From positions 62,001 to 126,000 of the IMG/VR virus record IMGVR_UViG_3300028840_008160: a DNA stretch of 64,000 nt. One strand, written 5' to 3'. Shown here in pieces: positions 1 to 10,142 of this stretch (positions are counted from its first letter, which is position 1; each line of letters begins with the position of its first letter). The notes beneath the pieces are model-generated. The model searched no databases. It saw only the letters and a program-made list of their open reading frames with translations, and was not told the DNA's origin. The position numbers and the translations under genes are program-made.

Positions 1-1
1 A

Positions 2-985
2 CAGCTAGAAATAACAAACAACAACTACATGGCATATTGGGTTGTAGCTACAAACGATATACAATATCCATTAAAATCAATTCAGGGCTCTGTGCAGTAT
101 GCAAATCAAAATGATGCAATCAGTGGCGCAGGGACAGAATTAATTAATTTTGGTGATTTGCCGGCTAAAGAAATTAAAATATTATATAGGATAGTGTTAC
201 GTAGCAGTAATTCGTATACTGATGCTAGAAAATGCATTATAGTTGCAGTACAAGATTTTAGAAAATCATCATTTTCAACTAGTGCTTCACCATCTATAGT
301 GTCGCACGCTTTATTGCAAAATTTGGATTATGCAACAGCTGGTCATACAGGATTTGGAAGATTAGCATATACTACTACAACTAATCCAACAGTGAATAAT
401 GATGGAGTTGATACAGCTGGAATTGGTAGGCAATTTAGAGTCGGTGATTATTGGATTAACACAACAGCAGGTACATGGTGGGTTTGCGTCAATAATACGA
501 CCGGTGCTGCTGTATGGGTATTTGGAAAAGCTAGTCAAGTAACTACTGATGTGACAAATTTTAATCAAGTTCTTACTAGTGCAGACGACACAACGCAAAA
601 AGCATTAGATAAATTAGATGATTATTCGTATGATGAATATTATGAAGACGAAACATTGTTTTCTACTACTAGTGGCACATATGTAGAAGCAGCCACTTTC
701 ACTACTTCATCATTGCAGGCTGGAAATTATTTAATTACTTGTTTGATGGAGGGTGGGCCTGCACAAAAGGATAAAATTGGATTTTTTAGGTTTCAAGTAG
801 ACAATACAACAAATATTATTGAGACAACAACAGGTAGAACAGCAGATGCACCTTTATATATGGTGTGGACTGCTTTTAGAAGATTGGCGCTAGGCGCAGG
901 CACTCACACAATAGATTTGGATGTGTATACTGACAACACTTTCAACGTCAGAAGCATGAGAGTTCATATTAAACGCGTGAAATAA
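2..985 (+). CDS. Virion fibre/decoration protein, 5'-truncated (frame open from base 2; first ATG at 29)
   Basis: No stop upstream of 29 in frame (CAG CTA GAA ATA ACA AAC AAC AAC TAC ATG). Has the phage-fibre-type motif PTVNND..GDYWINTT..WWVC..TTGAAVW, the linker TNFNQVLTSADDTTQKALDKLD and a C-terminal beta-sandwich. Confidence 0.65.
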   Translation, partial: QLEITNNNYMAYWVVATNDIQYPLKSIQGSVQYANQNDAISGAGTELINFGDLPAKEIKILYRIVLRSSNSYTDARKCIIVAVQDFRKSSFSTSASPSIVSHALLQNLDYATAGHTGFGRLAYTTTTNPTVNNDGVDTAGIGRQFRVGDYWINTTAGTWWVCVNNTTGAAVWVFGKASQVTTDVTNFNQVLTSADDTTQKALDKLDDYSYDEYYEDETLFSTTSGTYVEAATFTTSSLQAGNYLITCLMEGGPAQKDKIGFFRFQVDNTTNIIETTTGRTADAPLYMVWTAFRRLALGAGTHTIDLDVYTDNTFNVRSMRVHIKRVK

Positions 986-1001
986 GAGAAAAGAGTTTAA
1001 G

Positions 1002-1469
1002 ATGGCAGAATATCAGTTTACTAAAAGTGCTGTTAATTTGGAAAAGTTAGAGGCTGAAATAAAAACTAGCCCTAATATAAGCCAGGCTGCCAGTTATAGT
1101 CTTTATAAGGCACCTGACGTGCTGAAAATTACATTTACGATTGATTTAACTGCAGAAGAACAGACAGCACTGCAAGCTTTAGTTTCTGATCATTCTGTTT
1201 CAGATGTTGGAGAAGCAAAATTTTTGGTTAAAGAATATGATGCGTCTGGCAGACGTATTATTCGTGAAACTTGGTATAACACAGATAATGGTGATGGCAC
1301 TTATTCAGGAAAAGTGACTGAAAACGCATATATTTATAATAACGGTAAACTTGAAAAACGAAAAGAAAAGCGATTTTGGTTGGATGGAACAGAAGATATT
1401 GATAAAGAATGGGATTATTTTGTCGATGGTAATGAAAAAGTTATAGAGAAATTAGTTGAAGGAGTATAA
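1002..1469 (+). CDS. Hypothetical protein (probably virion-associated)
   Basis: 155-aa ORF packed in the operon; no family recognised. Confidence 0.6.
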   Translation: MAEYQFTKSAVNLEKLEAEIKTSPNISQAASYSLYKAPDVLKITFTIDLTAEEQTALQALVSDHSVSDVGEAKFLVKEYDASGRRIIRETWYNTDNGDGTYSGKVTENAYIYNNGKLEKRKEKRFWLDGTEDIDKEWDYFVDGNEKVIEKLVEGV

Positions 1470-1471
1470 CA

Positions 1472-2122
1472 ATGGAGCAAAAGGGCTTGATTTTACCACA
1501 AATAAATGCAAATGGACAATACGTTGTTCAGGTTAGAGAAGAAAATGTCGAAACTGGTGGGCATTATCAAGCGCAAAGTTTCGAATTGGCTATTCCTGCA
1601 GAAACAGGTTGGCAATCATTAGAATTTTCCTATCCGATACCAATTGGATTGTTAGCTGCAAGAGCTCATGTAACTGACGAAATGCATGGAGATGTCATTG
1701 AATGTGTTGTAGCACCAGATACAGTTATAGGTGCGATTACAGCAGACGTAAGTGTCGACGACACCGTAATTAGTGTGCAACAGTCAGTAATAGATAATAC
1801 TGAAATTGGATTTTTTGTAACACTAGATGATACTACGAATAAAAATGAATTAAAACGTATTGTTTCAATTGATTCAGAAAATTTGCAAATTACTGTAGAA
1901 GATGCTGCGACGCAAGCATTTGCAGCTGCCACGCCGACATATGTAAAGCAAGGTGTTTATTATGTACCTGTATTGACTTTGGTTAAAGGTCACAATCTAG
2001 ATTTAGGTACAGCAAAAATTGGTTCTAGTTATGTGCCTGCAAATACAACAATGCGTTTACGATATAACAATATTACTGGCACAGCTAAAACTTTTTCATT
2101 CATCTTTGAATACTTGTATTAA
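1472..2122 (+). CDS. Hypothetical beta-rich virion protein
   Basis: 216-aa ORF with an AGGAG RBS just upstream; beta-strand pattern. Confidence 0.6.
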   Translation: MEQKGLILPQINANGQYVVQVREENVETGGHYQAQSFELAIPAETGWQSLEFSYPIPIGLLAARAHVTDEMHGDVIECVVAPDTVIGAITADVSVDDTVISVQQSVIDNTEIGFFVTLDDTTNKNELKRIVSIDSENLQITVEDAATQAFAAATPTYVKQGVYYVPVLTLVKGHNLDLGTAKIGSSYVPANTTMRLRYNNITGTAKTFSFIFEYLY

Positions 2123-2134
2123 TAGGAGAATATT

Positions 2135-2278
2135 ATGCCTGGTCAAGAAGGTGTAGCTGGGGCATTTAATCAAGATTTCAATGATGATTTTGATGTGTAT
2201 AGACCAGAGAAGATAATGAAAGTTGTCGAAATAGATCAGCAGATGGGCCAGCAAAAAGGTAATAATACGACCGACTAA
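2135..2278 (+). CDS. Small 47-aa protein (MPGQEGVAGAFNQDFNDDFDVYRPEK...), not in ORF track
   Basis: AGGAGA just upstream, ATG at 2135, TAA at 2276-2278; fills the gap between two genes; FNxDFNDDF motif. Confidence 0.65.
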   Translation: MPGQEGVAGAFNQDFNDDFDVYRPEKIMKVVEIDQQMGQQKGNNTTD

Positions 2279-2289
2279 GGGAGCAATAA

Positions 2290-5200
2290 ATGGAAGGTAA
2301 GAAGAGTACTGACAAATGGTTTCCCGTAATTTTAGTTGATGAGAATAATTACAAAACGCCTGAAACGGGTAAAGCATTTGGCGACATTACTGTAAAGTAC
2401 TCATATGAAGCGGCGACGTCTGCCACGACTGCGACGATTACTGTTAGCGACTGGACTGAAGTTGGTGAAGGAAACTATTGGGTGCAACTTGGTAATCCAG
2501 AGTTTGCTAATGAAGGAAAATATCAAGTCGAAGTTCAATGTACTGGTTGTTATACATATAGATTTCCTGTTGAAGTGACGGACAAGACATTTGCTGAAGT
2601 TACTGATATTATTGACACATTAAATACTAATATTGGTACTCCTACAGCACTTGATGGTGGATCTGCTACTATCGCTTCTAATTTGGTAAAGCTGGCTGAT
2701 GACAACGACGGTGCCAGTTATGATGCCACGACTGATAGTCAAAGAGCTATTAGATCAGCAATTGATGTCGTTGATGGCAATGTAGATGATATATTAGTAG
2801 ACACTAATGAAATACAAGGCAAATTACCAACAAACTATATCATGGGTTCATCAGTACAGACTGATAAGGATGACGAGATAGATGCTATTCTTGTTGATAC
2901 AAATGAGATACAAGGCAAGTTGCCGACGAATTACATAATGGGATCATCTGTACAGTCTGATAAAGATGACGAAATAGATTCAATTAAATCAACTGTCGAC
3001 ACAAATTTGGATACTACAGTATCAAGCCGAGCTGCTCCCGGTGATGCAATGGATCTTGTAGCTGATGCTATTAAAGCAACAACTTATGATGAATCAACTG
3101 CTTATCCTATAACGGACGCTGATACTGGGGCAACAAGAATTGCTAGAACCGGCGCTGATGGCGACACGTTAGAAACGCTGTCTGATCAGATTGATGGTGT
3201 GCAGACTAGCGTTGACGGCATCCAAAACAACACTAGATTCGTAGCTACTGTCCCAACAAACATGCTAGTGCCGGATACTGGCACGACAATGTACAAGATT
3301 ACGGTACATTTCTATGATTCAGATGGTAACATGGAAGATCCGGATAACAACGAGATTGATGTCTTGTACGAGAGCGTTGATGGTACTGATAAGGATGCAT
3401 TTTTTGATGATGCTGGCGGTATAACTGGAGCTACTGCTGGAACTATCGATGCTAACATGTGGAAGATGGTTAGGATCAGTACTGGCGTTTATGAGACGTA
3501 CTACAAACTTCCTAATACTGAAACTCCTGAACAGTGGACTGCTTCATTCAAGCTCGAAGAAGCTTCGACGTTACTTCAATACGCTCGCAGCACGAATGTA
3601 GTTGATGAGAATCCTGGATCGATTACTCTGGCTGACAATACCACGAACAAAGACATTATCGCAGAAGCTTTGAAGGAACGTGATGTATCAGGCACTGGCG
3701 CTGTCTCTGGGTCGATCTACAAAGACATTAATGACAATATTGATGCCAATGAGACCAAGATTGACAATGTTCAGACAGATGTGACGTCAATACTAGCTGA
3801 TACTAATGAAATTCAAGGCAAATTGCCGACAAATTACATTATGGGGTCATCAGTACAGACTGATAAAGACGACGAGATAGATGCGATTCTTGCTGACACT
3901 AATGAAATGCAAGGTAAATTACCGACTAACAATATTATGGGATCAAGCGATAAAGATAATCATGATACAGATATTGATGCTATTTTAGTTGATACAAACG
4001 AGATGCAAGGCAAATTGCCGACAAATAATATTATGGGTTCAAGTGATAAAGCTGATTATGATGACAATATTACTAATATTGAAACTATCGTGACAAATGT
4101 TTCAAATAATACAAGATTTGCAGCGTCATATCCGACACAAGCTATTATTCCAGCTACAGGTAATGATGTAATAGAATTAGCAGCATATTTTTATAATTTC
4201 ACGGGTGACATGGAAGATCCTGATAGTTTAGAAATTGCAATAGTTTTAGAAGATGTGTCAGGGACTGCAAAGACCGCGTTGTATGATGATTATGCTTTAA
4301 CTACACCTGCTACTGTATCATCGACATTTCCTGGTTTTTACAAAATGATTCGTCAAGGACAGGGTCGATATAGAATTTATTATGCTGTGCCTAGCACTGA
4401 AATGCCTGAACAGTGGTCTATCAAATATATTTTGAATGAAAATTCTACAACATTACGATATCAATATGTAATGGGTATCGTTGACGCTGCTTCTGTTACT
4501 GGTAGCGTGACATTGGCTGACACTGGGACAAATAGAGACATTATTGCAGAATCATTGAAAACTCAAGATGTTTCATCTACGGCAGCAGTTACTGGATCAG
4601 TTTATGACGATATAATGGATAATATAGATGCTAATGAAACAAAGATTGACAATGTTCAAACTGACGTGACAGCAATTTTAGCAGACACGAATGAGATACA
4701 AGTCAAATTGCCAACTAATAATATTATGGGTTCAAGTGATAAGTCAGATCATGATGACGAAATTGCAGCTATTCTTGTTGATACTAACGAAATGCAAGGC
4801 AAATTGCCGACAAACAACATTATGGGTTCTAGTGATAAAGATAATCACGATACTGATATTGATGCTATTCTTATTGACACTAATGAAATGCAAGGTAAGT
4901 TGCCAACGAATAATATTATGGGTTCGAGCGATAAAGCAGATTACAACGATAATATTACAAATATTGAAACAAGAATTGGAACTCCTGTTGCATTAGACGG
5001 TGGTTCGGCTACTGTATCTAGCATGCTGACTAAGATGGCTGATGATAATGGCGGTGCTAGTTTTGATGCTACTACAGATAGTCAAACAGCTATTGCTGAT
5101 AATATAGCTAAAATAATTCCAATTGATAATTTAGCTACTAGTCAAGCATTAAATTCTGGTGTGATTGATGTTGGTAGTTATACTGATACTCATACAATAA

Positions 5201-7164
5201 ATTCAGTTTATTTCAGATTATCACCGACAGGAGCAGCTGTAATCAACGTAGATTTAGGATTTACAGCTGCTGCTGATCAATCGACAATAAAATTAATGAT
5301 TGTTGGAAGATATCAAGTAACATCACCAACTGCAGGAAAGTATGTTAATGTGTTTGTGTATAATCATAATACTGCAGTATTTGATCAATTATCGGGCACA
5401 ACTACTAGATTTAATCATAATACTGTTGATGAAGCAAGAACATTTTTCTTACTTCCTGAACACGTGAATCCTTCATCACCGTATGATGTAACAATAAGAT
5501 TTATTTCAAGTGATACAAATGTAGCATCTGATTTATATCTTGATTATGTTAATGTTATTACGGTATCTGCTGCAGCTACTACTCCTGCAGAGGCAGCTAA
5601 AGCGGTTTGGGATCATCCATTGACTAATTTAGAGGATCAATTATCAGCTGGTGGTATATTGAGATCGTCTGGTGGACTTGTGTTTACTGAAGTTATTGCT
5701 GTTACAGATGCAAAAACATTTCGTATTGGTGCAAATCCTCCCGGAGGATCTGGTGCTGTCTGGATTGATCATGTATTGGTTTTTCATGATATATCTACAG
5801 GCGAATATCAATGCATACCAGTTCAGAGTGCAGATGCGTCTGGCAATATAGTTTTATATAGAAATTTATCAATAACACCTGTGATTGGAGATCAAGTTGC
5901 TATTTTAAATGAAACAATGGTAAAAGGACTGTCGACAAGTGCTGTTGATAGCATTGTTGATACTACATGGAATGAATTAAGAAGTGAACACATTAGTGCA
6001 GGGTCATTTGGTCAAGGAGTTGCTAGTGTACAAGGCAATGTAACTGGTAATGTTCAAGGCAATGTAGTTGGTTCTATAGGGTCATTAGCTACACAAGCAA
6101 AAGCAGATGTTAATGCTGAAGTTGATCAAGCTTTGCTTGATTATGATGCACCAACTAAAGCAGAATTAGATGCTGTTGAAGATAACATTCGTGGTGCAGA
6201 TAATGATAATCTTAAAACGTTATCTGATCAACTTGATTCAGTTCAAACATCGATTGATGGCATTTCAAATGTTACTAGATTGTCAGTGGCATTACCTGTT
6301 TATATGCAGCGGCCGTCATCAGGTGATAAGCCCATACTTGTTGAAGTTGCATTAAAAGATATTGATGGGAATATGGAAGATCCAGACAGCAATCAGTTAG
6401 CATTAACAGTATATAATTCGTCTGGAACTAATAGAAATACTTTCTTGTATCAAGATGTAGCTTTTACAACCCCGTTGGTTGCTGGAACTGGTACGTTTGT
6501 TGGATATAGACAATTGTTGAGAACTGGTACAGGTTTGTATAAGTTTTACTATCGATTGGCAGATTCTCATCCAGAAGAAGAATTGATATTCAAATTTGGT
6601 TGGGAAGAAAGTTCAATAGCGCTTTATGAGTATAGATCATCACAAGTAACTGATGCAGCAAGTGATATTTCTCAAATAGCATCTGATGTTACTGGTATTA
6701 AGGGTCAAACTGATAAGATAAGATTTGATGGTGCTGATAGAGTAATTACTGATGCTGAAGCAATATCTGCATCAACTACAGCAGCTGATCAGTTACAAGC
6801 AAATATTTCTAAATTAGATGTAAATGTTTCAACTAGATCTAGTCATACGGCTGCTCAGGCAGGGACAGATGCTGCAAGCAAGATATTGGTAACTCCAGCT
6901 AATAAACTTGGTACTGATGTTAGTGGTCGTATTGAAATATCTGGAACAAAAAATACGTTAGATGTGTTAGAAGATATTTCAGTTAGCGATATTTTAAGTG
7001 GTAATGTTGATGGAAAAACTGTCGAGGCTGTACTAGAAGTGCTGCTGTCATATTCACAAGGTAAGATAATAAAATCAGGAAGCAATTATACGTACTATAA
7101 GCAAGACAATGCGACATCGTTGTTTACATTGACAGCGTCACCAACTAGTAGGACTAGGTCATAA
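2290..7164 (+). CDS. Large acidic repeat-rich virion protein (fibre/collar-like), 1624 aa
   Basis: AAGGGAG RBS; eight 32-aa repeats; three 'MEDPD' Ig-like domains; duplicated IGTP.ALDGGSAT...DATTDSQ segments. Confidence 0.7.
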   Translation: MEGKKSTDKWFPVILVDENNYKTPETGKAFGDITVKYSYEAATSATTATITVSDWTEVGEGNYWVQLGNPEFANEGKYQVEVQCTGCYTYRFPVEVTDKTFAEVTDIIDTLNTNIGTPTALDGGSATIASNLVKLADDNDGASYDATTDSQRAIRSAIDVVDGNVDDILVDTNEIQGKLPTNYIMGSSVQTDKDDEIDAILVDTNEIQGKLPTNYIMGSSVQSDKDDEIDSIKSTVDTNLDTTVSSRAAPGDAMDLVADAIKATTYDESTAYPITDADTGATRIARTGADGDTLETLSDQIDGVQTSVDGIQNNTRFVATVPTNMLVPDTGTTMYKITVHFYDSDGNMEDPDNNEIDVLYESVDGTDKDAFFDDAGGITGATAGTIDANMWKMVRISTGVYETYYKLPNTETPEQWTASFKLEEASTLLQYARSTNVVDENPGSITLADNTTNKDIIAEALKERDVSGTGAVSGSIYKDINDNIDANETKIDNVQTDVTSILADTNEIQGKLPTNYIMGSSVQTDKDDEIDAILADTNEMQGKLPTNNIMGSSDKDNHDTDIDAILVDTNEMQGKLPTNNIMGSSDKADYDDNITNIETIVTNVSNNTRFAASYPTQAIIPATGNDVIELAAYFYNFTGDMEDPDSLEIAIVLEDVSGTAKTALYDDYALTTPATVSSTFPGFYKMIRQGQGRYRIYYAVPSTEMPEQWSIKYILNENSTTLRYQYVMGIVDAASVTGSVTLADTGTNRDIIAESLKTQDVSSTAAVTGSVYDDIMDNIDANETKIDNVQTDVTAILADTNEIQVKLPTNNIMGSSDKSDHDDEIAAILVDTNEMQGKLPTNNIMGSSDKDNHDTDIDAILIDTNEMQGKLPTNNIMGSSDKADYNDNITNIETRIGTPVALDGGSATVSSMLTKMADDNGGASFDATTDSQTAIADNIAKIIPIDNLATSQALNSGVIDVGSYTDTHTINSVYFRLSPTGAAVINVDLGFTAAADQSTIKLMIVGRYQVTSPTAGKYVNVFVYNHNTAVFDQLSGTTTRFNHNTVDEARTFFLLPEHVNPSSPYDVTIRFISSDTNVASDLYLDYVNVITVSAAATTPAEAAKAVWDHPLTNLEDQLSAGGILRSSGGLVFTEVIAVTDAKTFRIGANPPGGSGAVWIDHVLVFHDISTGEYQCIPVQSADASGNIVLYRNLSITPVIGDQVAILNETMVKGLSTSAVDSIVDTTWNELRSEHISAGSFGQGVASVQGNVTGNVQGNVVGSIGSLATQAKADVNAEVDQALLDYDAPTKAELDAVEDNIRGADNDNLKTLSDQLDSVQTSIDGISNVTRLSVALPVYMQRPSSGDKPILVEVALKDIDGNMEDPDSNQLALTVYNSSGTNRNTFLYQDVAFTTPLVAGTGTFVGYRQLLRTGTGLYKFYYRLADSHPEEELIFKFGWEESSIALYEYRSSQVTDAASDISQIASDVTGIKGQTDKIRFDGADRVITDAEAISASTTAADQLQANISKLDVNVSTRSSHTAAQAGTDAASKILVTPANKLGTDVSGRIEISGTKNTLDVLEDISVSDILSGNVDGKTVEAVLEVLLSYSQGKIIKSGSNYTYYKQDNATSLFTLTASPTSRTRS
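2785..4956 (+). repeat. Eight 96-nt (32-aa) coding repeats, DAILxDTNE(I/M)QGKLPTN(Y/N)IMGSS..., in clusters of 2+3+3
   Basis: Units start at 2785, 2881; 3784, 3880, 3976; 4669, 4765, 4861. Clusters 2 and 3 are offset by 885 nt. Confidence 0.9.
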
Positions 7165-8753
7165 TGGCTGGCTTAGTTAGTGATTATGTATCAACTTTTA
7201 CTGGTGGATGGTTTAATCTTGATGGTGAACTACCCACTGTAGAAGATACATTTACTGGCGGTTGGTGGGAAACTGCAAATGGCCCTGGTGATTTAATTTA
7301 CCAGGGCTCTGAAGTCGATGGGCCTGGAGTTAAAGTCGGTGTTAGTGTTGACAGCGAATTGCTTTATCCAGGGTCTGAAATTGATGGAAATGGTACAGAA
7401 GTTGTTGAAGCAGATGTATTGCTATTGTATCAAGATTCTGAAATTGAAGGATACGGTGCTAGAGTAAGCGATTCTACTTCATCAACATTAGACAAACAAG
7501 ATTCTGAGATTATAAGCACAGGTGTTAGAGTTGGTGAAGCAACAGTTATATTAGAGAAACAAGATTCTGAGATAGTTGGTGTTGGTGTAAAAATCGGTGT
7601 TACGACTGTAATTCTTAATAAGCAAGATTCAGAAATTGATGGTGACGGAATAAAAATTGGTGTTGATTCTGGTGTATTACAATACCAAGGCTCTGAAATT
7701 GATAGTGACGGAATTAAAATTAGTGTAAGTGCTTTAATAATTAATAAAGAAGATTCTGAGATTGAATGCGACGGCATACGTATTGTACCGACGACGGTTT
7801 TATTAGTAAAGCAAGATTCAGAAATAATTAGCACTGGTGCAAGAGTTATTGAAGGTAGTGGTTTATTAGTTTATCAAGATTCTGAAATTGATGGTACTGG
7901 CGCTAGAGTTTCTACTGGTTCTGGTGTGTTGATCTATCAAGGTTCAGAGATTGATGGATTAGGTGAAAAGTTATACACCGGTATAGCATTACTCAATAAA
8001 CAAAATTCTCAAATTTTAGCCAATGGTGTGAAAATTGGCGAAGCTGTTGTTATTTTAGAAAAGCAAGATTCAGAAATAGATAGTACTGGATATAAGATTG
8101 GATTAAGCACATCTAGTTTGCTCATATACCAAGGTTCAGAGATCGAAGGAACTGGCGACAAACTAGCATCTGGTGAAGGAATACTTGATTATCAAGGGTC
8201 TGTAATTGTTGGAACTGGTGGCATTGCTCAATACTTAATATATCAAGGTTCTGAAATTGTTGCGACTGGTATTAAGATTAATTATGGTAGTGGTTTACTT
8301 ATTTATGGTGGATCAGATATTAAAGGTTTTGGTCAAGGCGCAGGTCCTTGTGATGCATTAACGATTTATTTTGAGAAAAATGGTCAACCATTTGATCCAT
8401 TTTCTGTACGTTATACTATTTATGATCCTTGTGGCAACATTGTACGAGGACAAGAAAATCGAGAAGCAGATTGGGCTGATATCGGGTCTTATTATGCGCT
8501 TGCTAATTTTCTTTGTTCACCGACAGCAAATAGTATAATGCCAGGCATATATAAAATTGTTTGGATGATACAGGAAACTTACATTAGTCAGTTAATATCA
8601 AAAGCTAATACATTCTCTGTGTATCATGATAGAAGAGAAGGATGTCAGATTAGAGATGATATTACATCGACAGATGGCGAAGGTCAATTACAATCTGGTA
8701 CTTGTAATACGCCCGAATATGGTGATACAACAACCTGTGGTTGTCAAACATAG
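7164..8753 (+). CDS. Repeat-rich virion protein (about 17 x 21-22-aa Lx(Y/K)Q(G/D)SEIxGxG units) with C-terminal Ig-like domain
   Basis: Repeats read directly from the translation; the C-terminal domain resembles the N-terminus of the next gene. Confidence 0.7.
   Translation: MAGLVSDYVSTFTGGWFNLDGELPTVEDTFTGGWWETANGPGDLIYQGSEVDGPGVKVGVSVDSELLYPGSEIDGNGTEVVEADVLLLYQDSEIEGYGARVSDSTSSTLDKQDSEIISTGVRVGEATVILEKQDSEIVGVGVKIGVTTVILNKQDSEIDGDGIKIGVDSGVLQYQGSEIDSDGIKISVSALIINKEDSEIECDGIRIVPTTVLLVKQDSEIISTGARVIEGSGLLVYQDSEIDGTGARVSTGSGVLIYQGSEIDGLGEKLYTGIALLNKQNSQILANGVKIGEAVVILEKQDSEIDSTGYKIGLSTSSLLIYQGSEIEGTGDKLASGEGILDYQGSVIVGTGGIAQYLIYQGSEIVATGIKINYGSGLLIYGGSDIKGFGQGAGPCDALTIYFEKNGQPFDPFSVRYTIYDPCGNIVRGQENREADWADIGSYYALANFLCSPTANSIMPGIYKIVWMIQETYISQLISKANTFSVYHDRREGCQIRDDITSTDGEGQLQSGTCNTPEYGDTTTCGCQT
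7293..8333 (+). repeat. About 17 degenerate 63-66-nt coding repeats
   Basis: Recurrent caaggttctgaaattg / caagattctgaaattg core. Confidence 0.85.
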
Positions 8754-8761
8754 GAGCATAA

Positions 8762-9658
8762 ATGAATGCATTGAGACGCGGTGATACGACAGGTAAAGAG
8801 AATCTAAACATCTTTACATATGATCAAGCTGGTCGGTTAAAAGATCCTTATAGCATCGTGTTTGATTTATATAGAGTTAATGATGCCGGTCCTGATGAAT
8901 TGATTGGTGCAGCTGATAGACTTCCCATTAAGTTTGCAGTAGGCAGTTATTTTGCACCGTGGAAAATTGATGATGATGAACCACTCGGTCGACATAAAAT
9001 TACATGGAAGATTCGTGATACTGCCACAAGTAATGTTATATCAAATTCTGAAGAATTTGAAATAGTGTCACGATTGACTGTAATAAATGAAGAGTATCCT
9101 GAGTCAATCAAGCGATTGATTAAAAAACTTAGAGTTAAACTTAGAGATATTCATCCTGATCGTGATTATCATTTTGCTCCGCCTAGTAGTGAACAAGAGA
9201 TTGCTGGTTTTACTGAAACTAGAGGTTATCGGTGGCCAGATGAACAATTAGTAAATCATCTTGAGGACGCGTCAAATTATATAAATTTGTGGCCACCAGC
9301 AACAGATTACGTGTTGCAAACATATCCAAAAGCATGGGAACCGTTAATGCTTTTGGAAGCACAAGTTTATGCGCTTTATGATTTGGCGATTTTATGGGCA
9401 GCAGAAGAGTTCAACTATAGTTTGGCTGGTGTTAGTCTTGATATACGCCGGTCTGACAAATATTCTGGGTTGGCAAATCAAATGCAAGGTATGGTTGACA
9501 AGCGTTTAGAAATGGCTAAGAAACGTGTTCTTTGCACTGTTGGTTTGCGTCAGGATAGATACACTTATAGTCGTGGTGCTGCTCTTGGTCCGTGGACATC
9601 TGGTCAAAATATTAAGCGTTGGACTGGTTCACGATTTAATAGAATAATGTTGGGGTAA
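8762..9658 (+). CDS. Putative head-tail adaptor (neck) protein with N-terminal Ig-like domain
   Basis: AGGAG RBS. The helical C-terminal domain (LRVKLRD...DEQL..HL..A..YIN..PP.T; FNYSLAGVSLDI.RS.KY) fits large-phage adaptor proteins, and it lies upstream of the closure and terminator genes. Confidence 0.6.
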   Translation: MNALRRGDTTGKENLNIFTYDQAGRLKDPYSIVFDLYRVNDAGPDELIGAADRLPIKFAVGSYFAPWKIDDDEPLGRHKITWKIRDTATSNVISNSEEFEIVSRLTVINEEYPESIKRLIKKLRVKLRDIHPDRDYHFAPPSSEQEIAGFTETRGYRWPDEQLVNHLEDASNYINLWPPATDYVLQTYPKAWEPLMLLEAQVYALYDLAILWAAEEFNYSLAGVSLDIRRSDKYSGLANQMQGMVDKRLEMAKKRVLCTVGLRQDRYTYSRGAALGPWTSGQNIKRWTGSRFNRIMLG

Positions 9659-9659
9659 T

Positions 9660-10142
9660 ATGAAACATTTAGCATTAATTCAATCTGAATTTCTGAAATT
9701 AGCTCAAGATGATGATATGAGTGGTACAGTACATGAGGAACGAGAAGCTAGATTAACATTGACTGAATTACCAGAAGAAGTAATGAATAAAAAATCAACG
9801 TTAATCAAACAAGGCGTTTTAAGAGAAGTTCGTGATGATAATGATAAAATGATATCATATGCACGAATTCGAATGAAACAAGAGCCTAATGAAGAACCTA
9901 TATATAGTTTGGGTGTGAAGAATTTTCCATTACATCAGGAAGCAGAAACTGAGATATCAAAAGAAATGTTTGATAGTTTTTTCCCAGATAATTTACTTAA
10001 ACCACAGGTTAAACACAGATATAAGACTGATGATGGTTGGGAAATTGATCAAGTAGATACAGATGGTGGCATTTATGCTGAATATGAACATGATAAAGGT
10101 GACAAAGTGAAAGTTCCGTCACATTGGAAGATCAAACGATGA
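9660..10142 (+). CDS. CYTH-like (triphosphate tunnel metalloenzyme) protein with N-terminal leader
   Basis: ExExR motif (EREAR), YARIR, E.ETEIS.EMF, K.RY....WEID, AEYE. Confidence 0.7.
   Translation: MKHLALIQSEFLKLAQDDDMSGTVHEEREARLTLTELPEEVMNKKSTLIKQGVLREVRDDNDKMISYARIRMKQEPNEEPIYSLGVKNFPLHQEAETEISKEMFDSFFPDNLLKPQVKHRYKTDDGWEIDQVDTDGGIYAEYEHDKGDKVKVPSHWKIKR

Noticed and set aside
2785-8333. Possible CRISPR array
   Set aside because: The repeats are in-frame coding units varying at synonymous positions, with no repeat-spacer structure.
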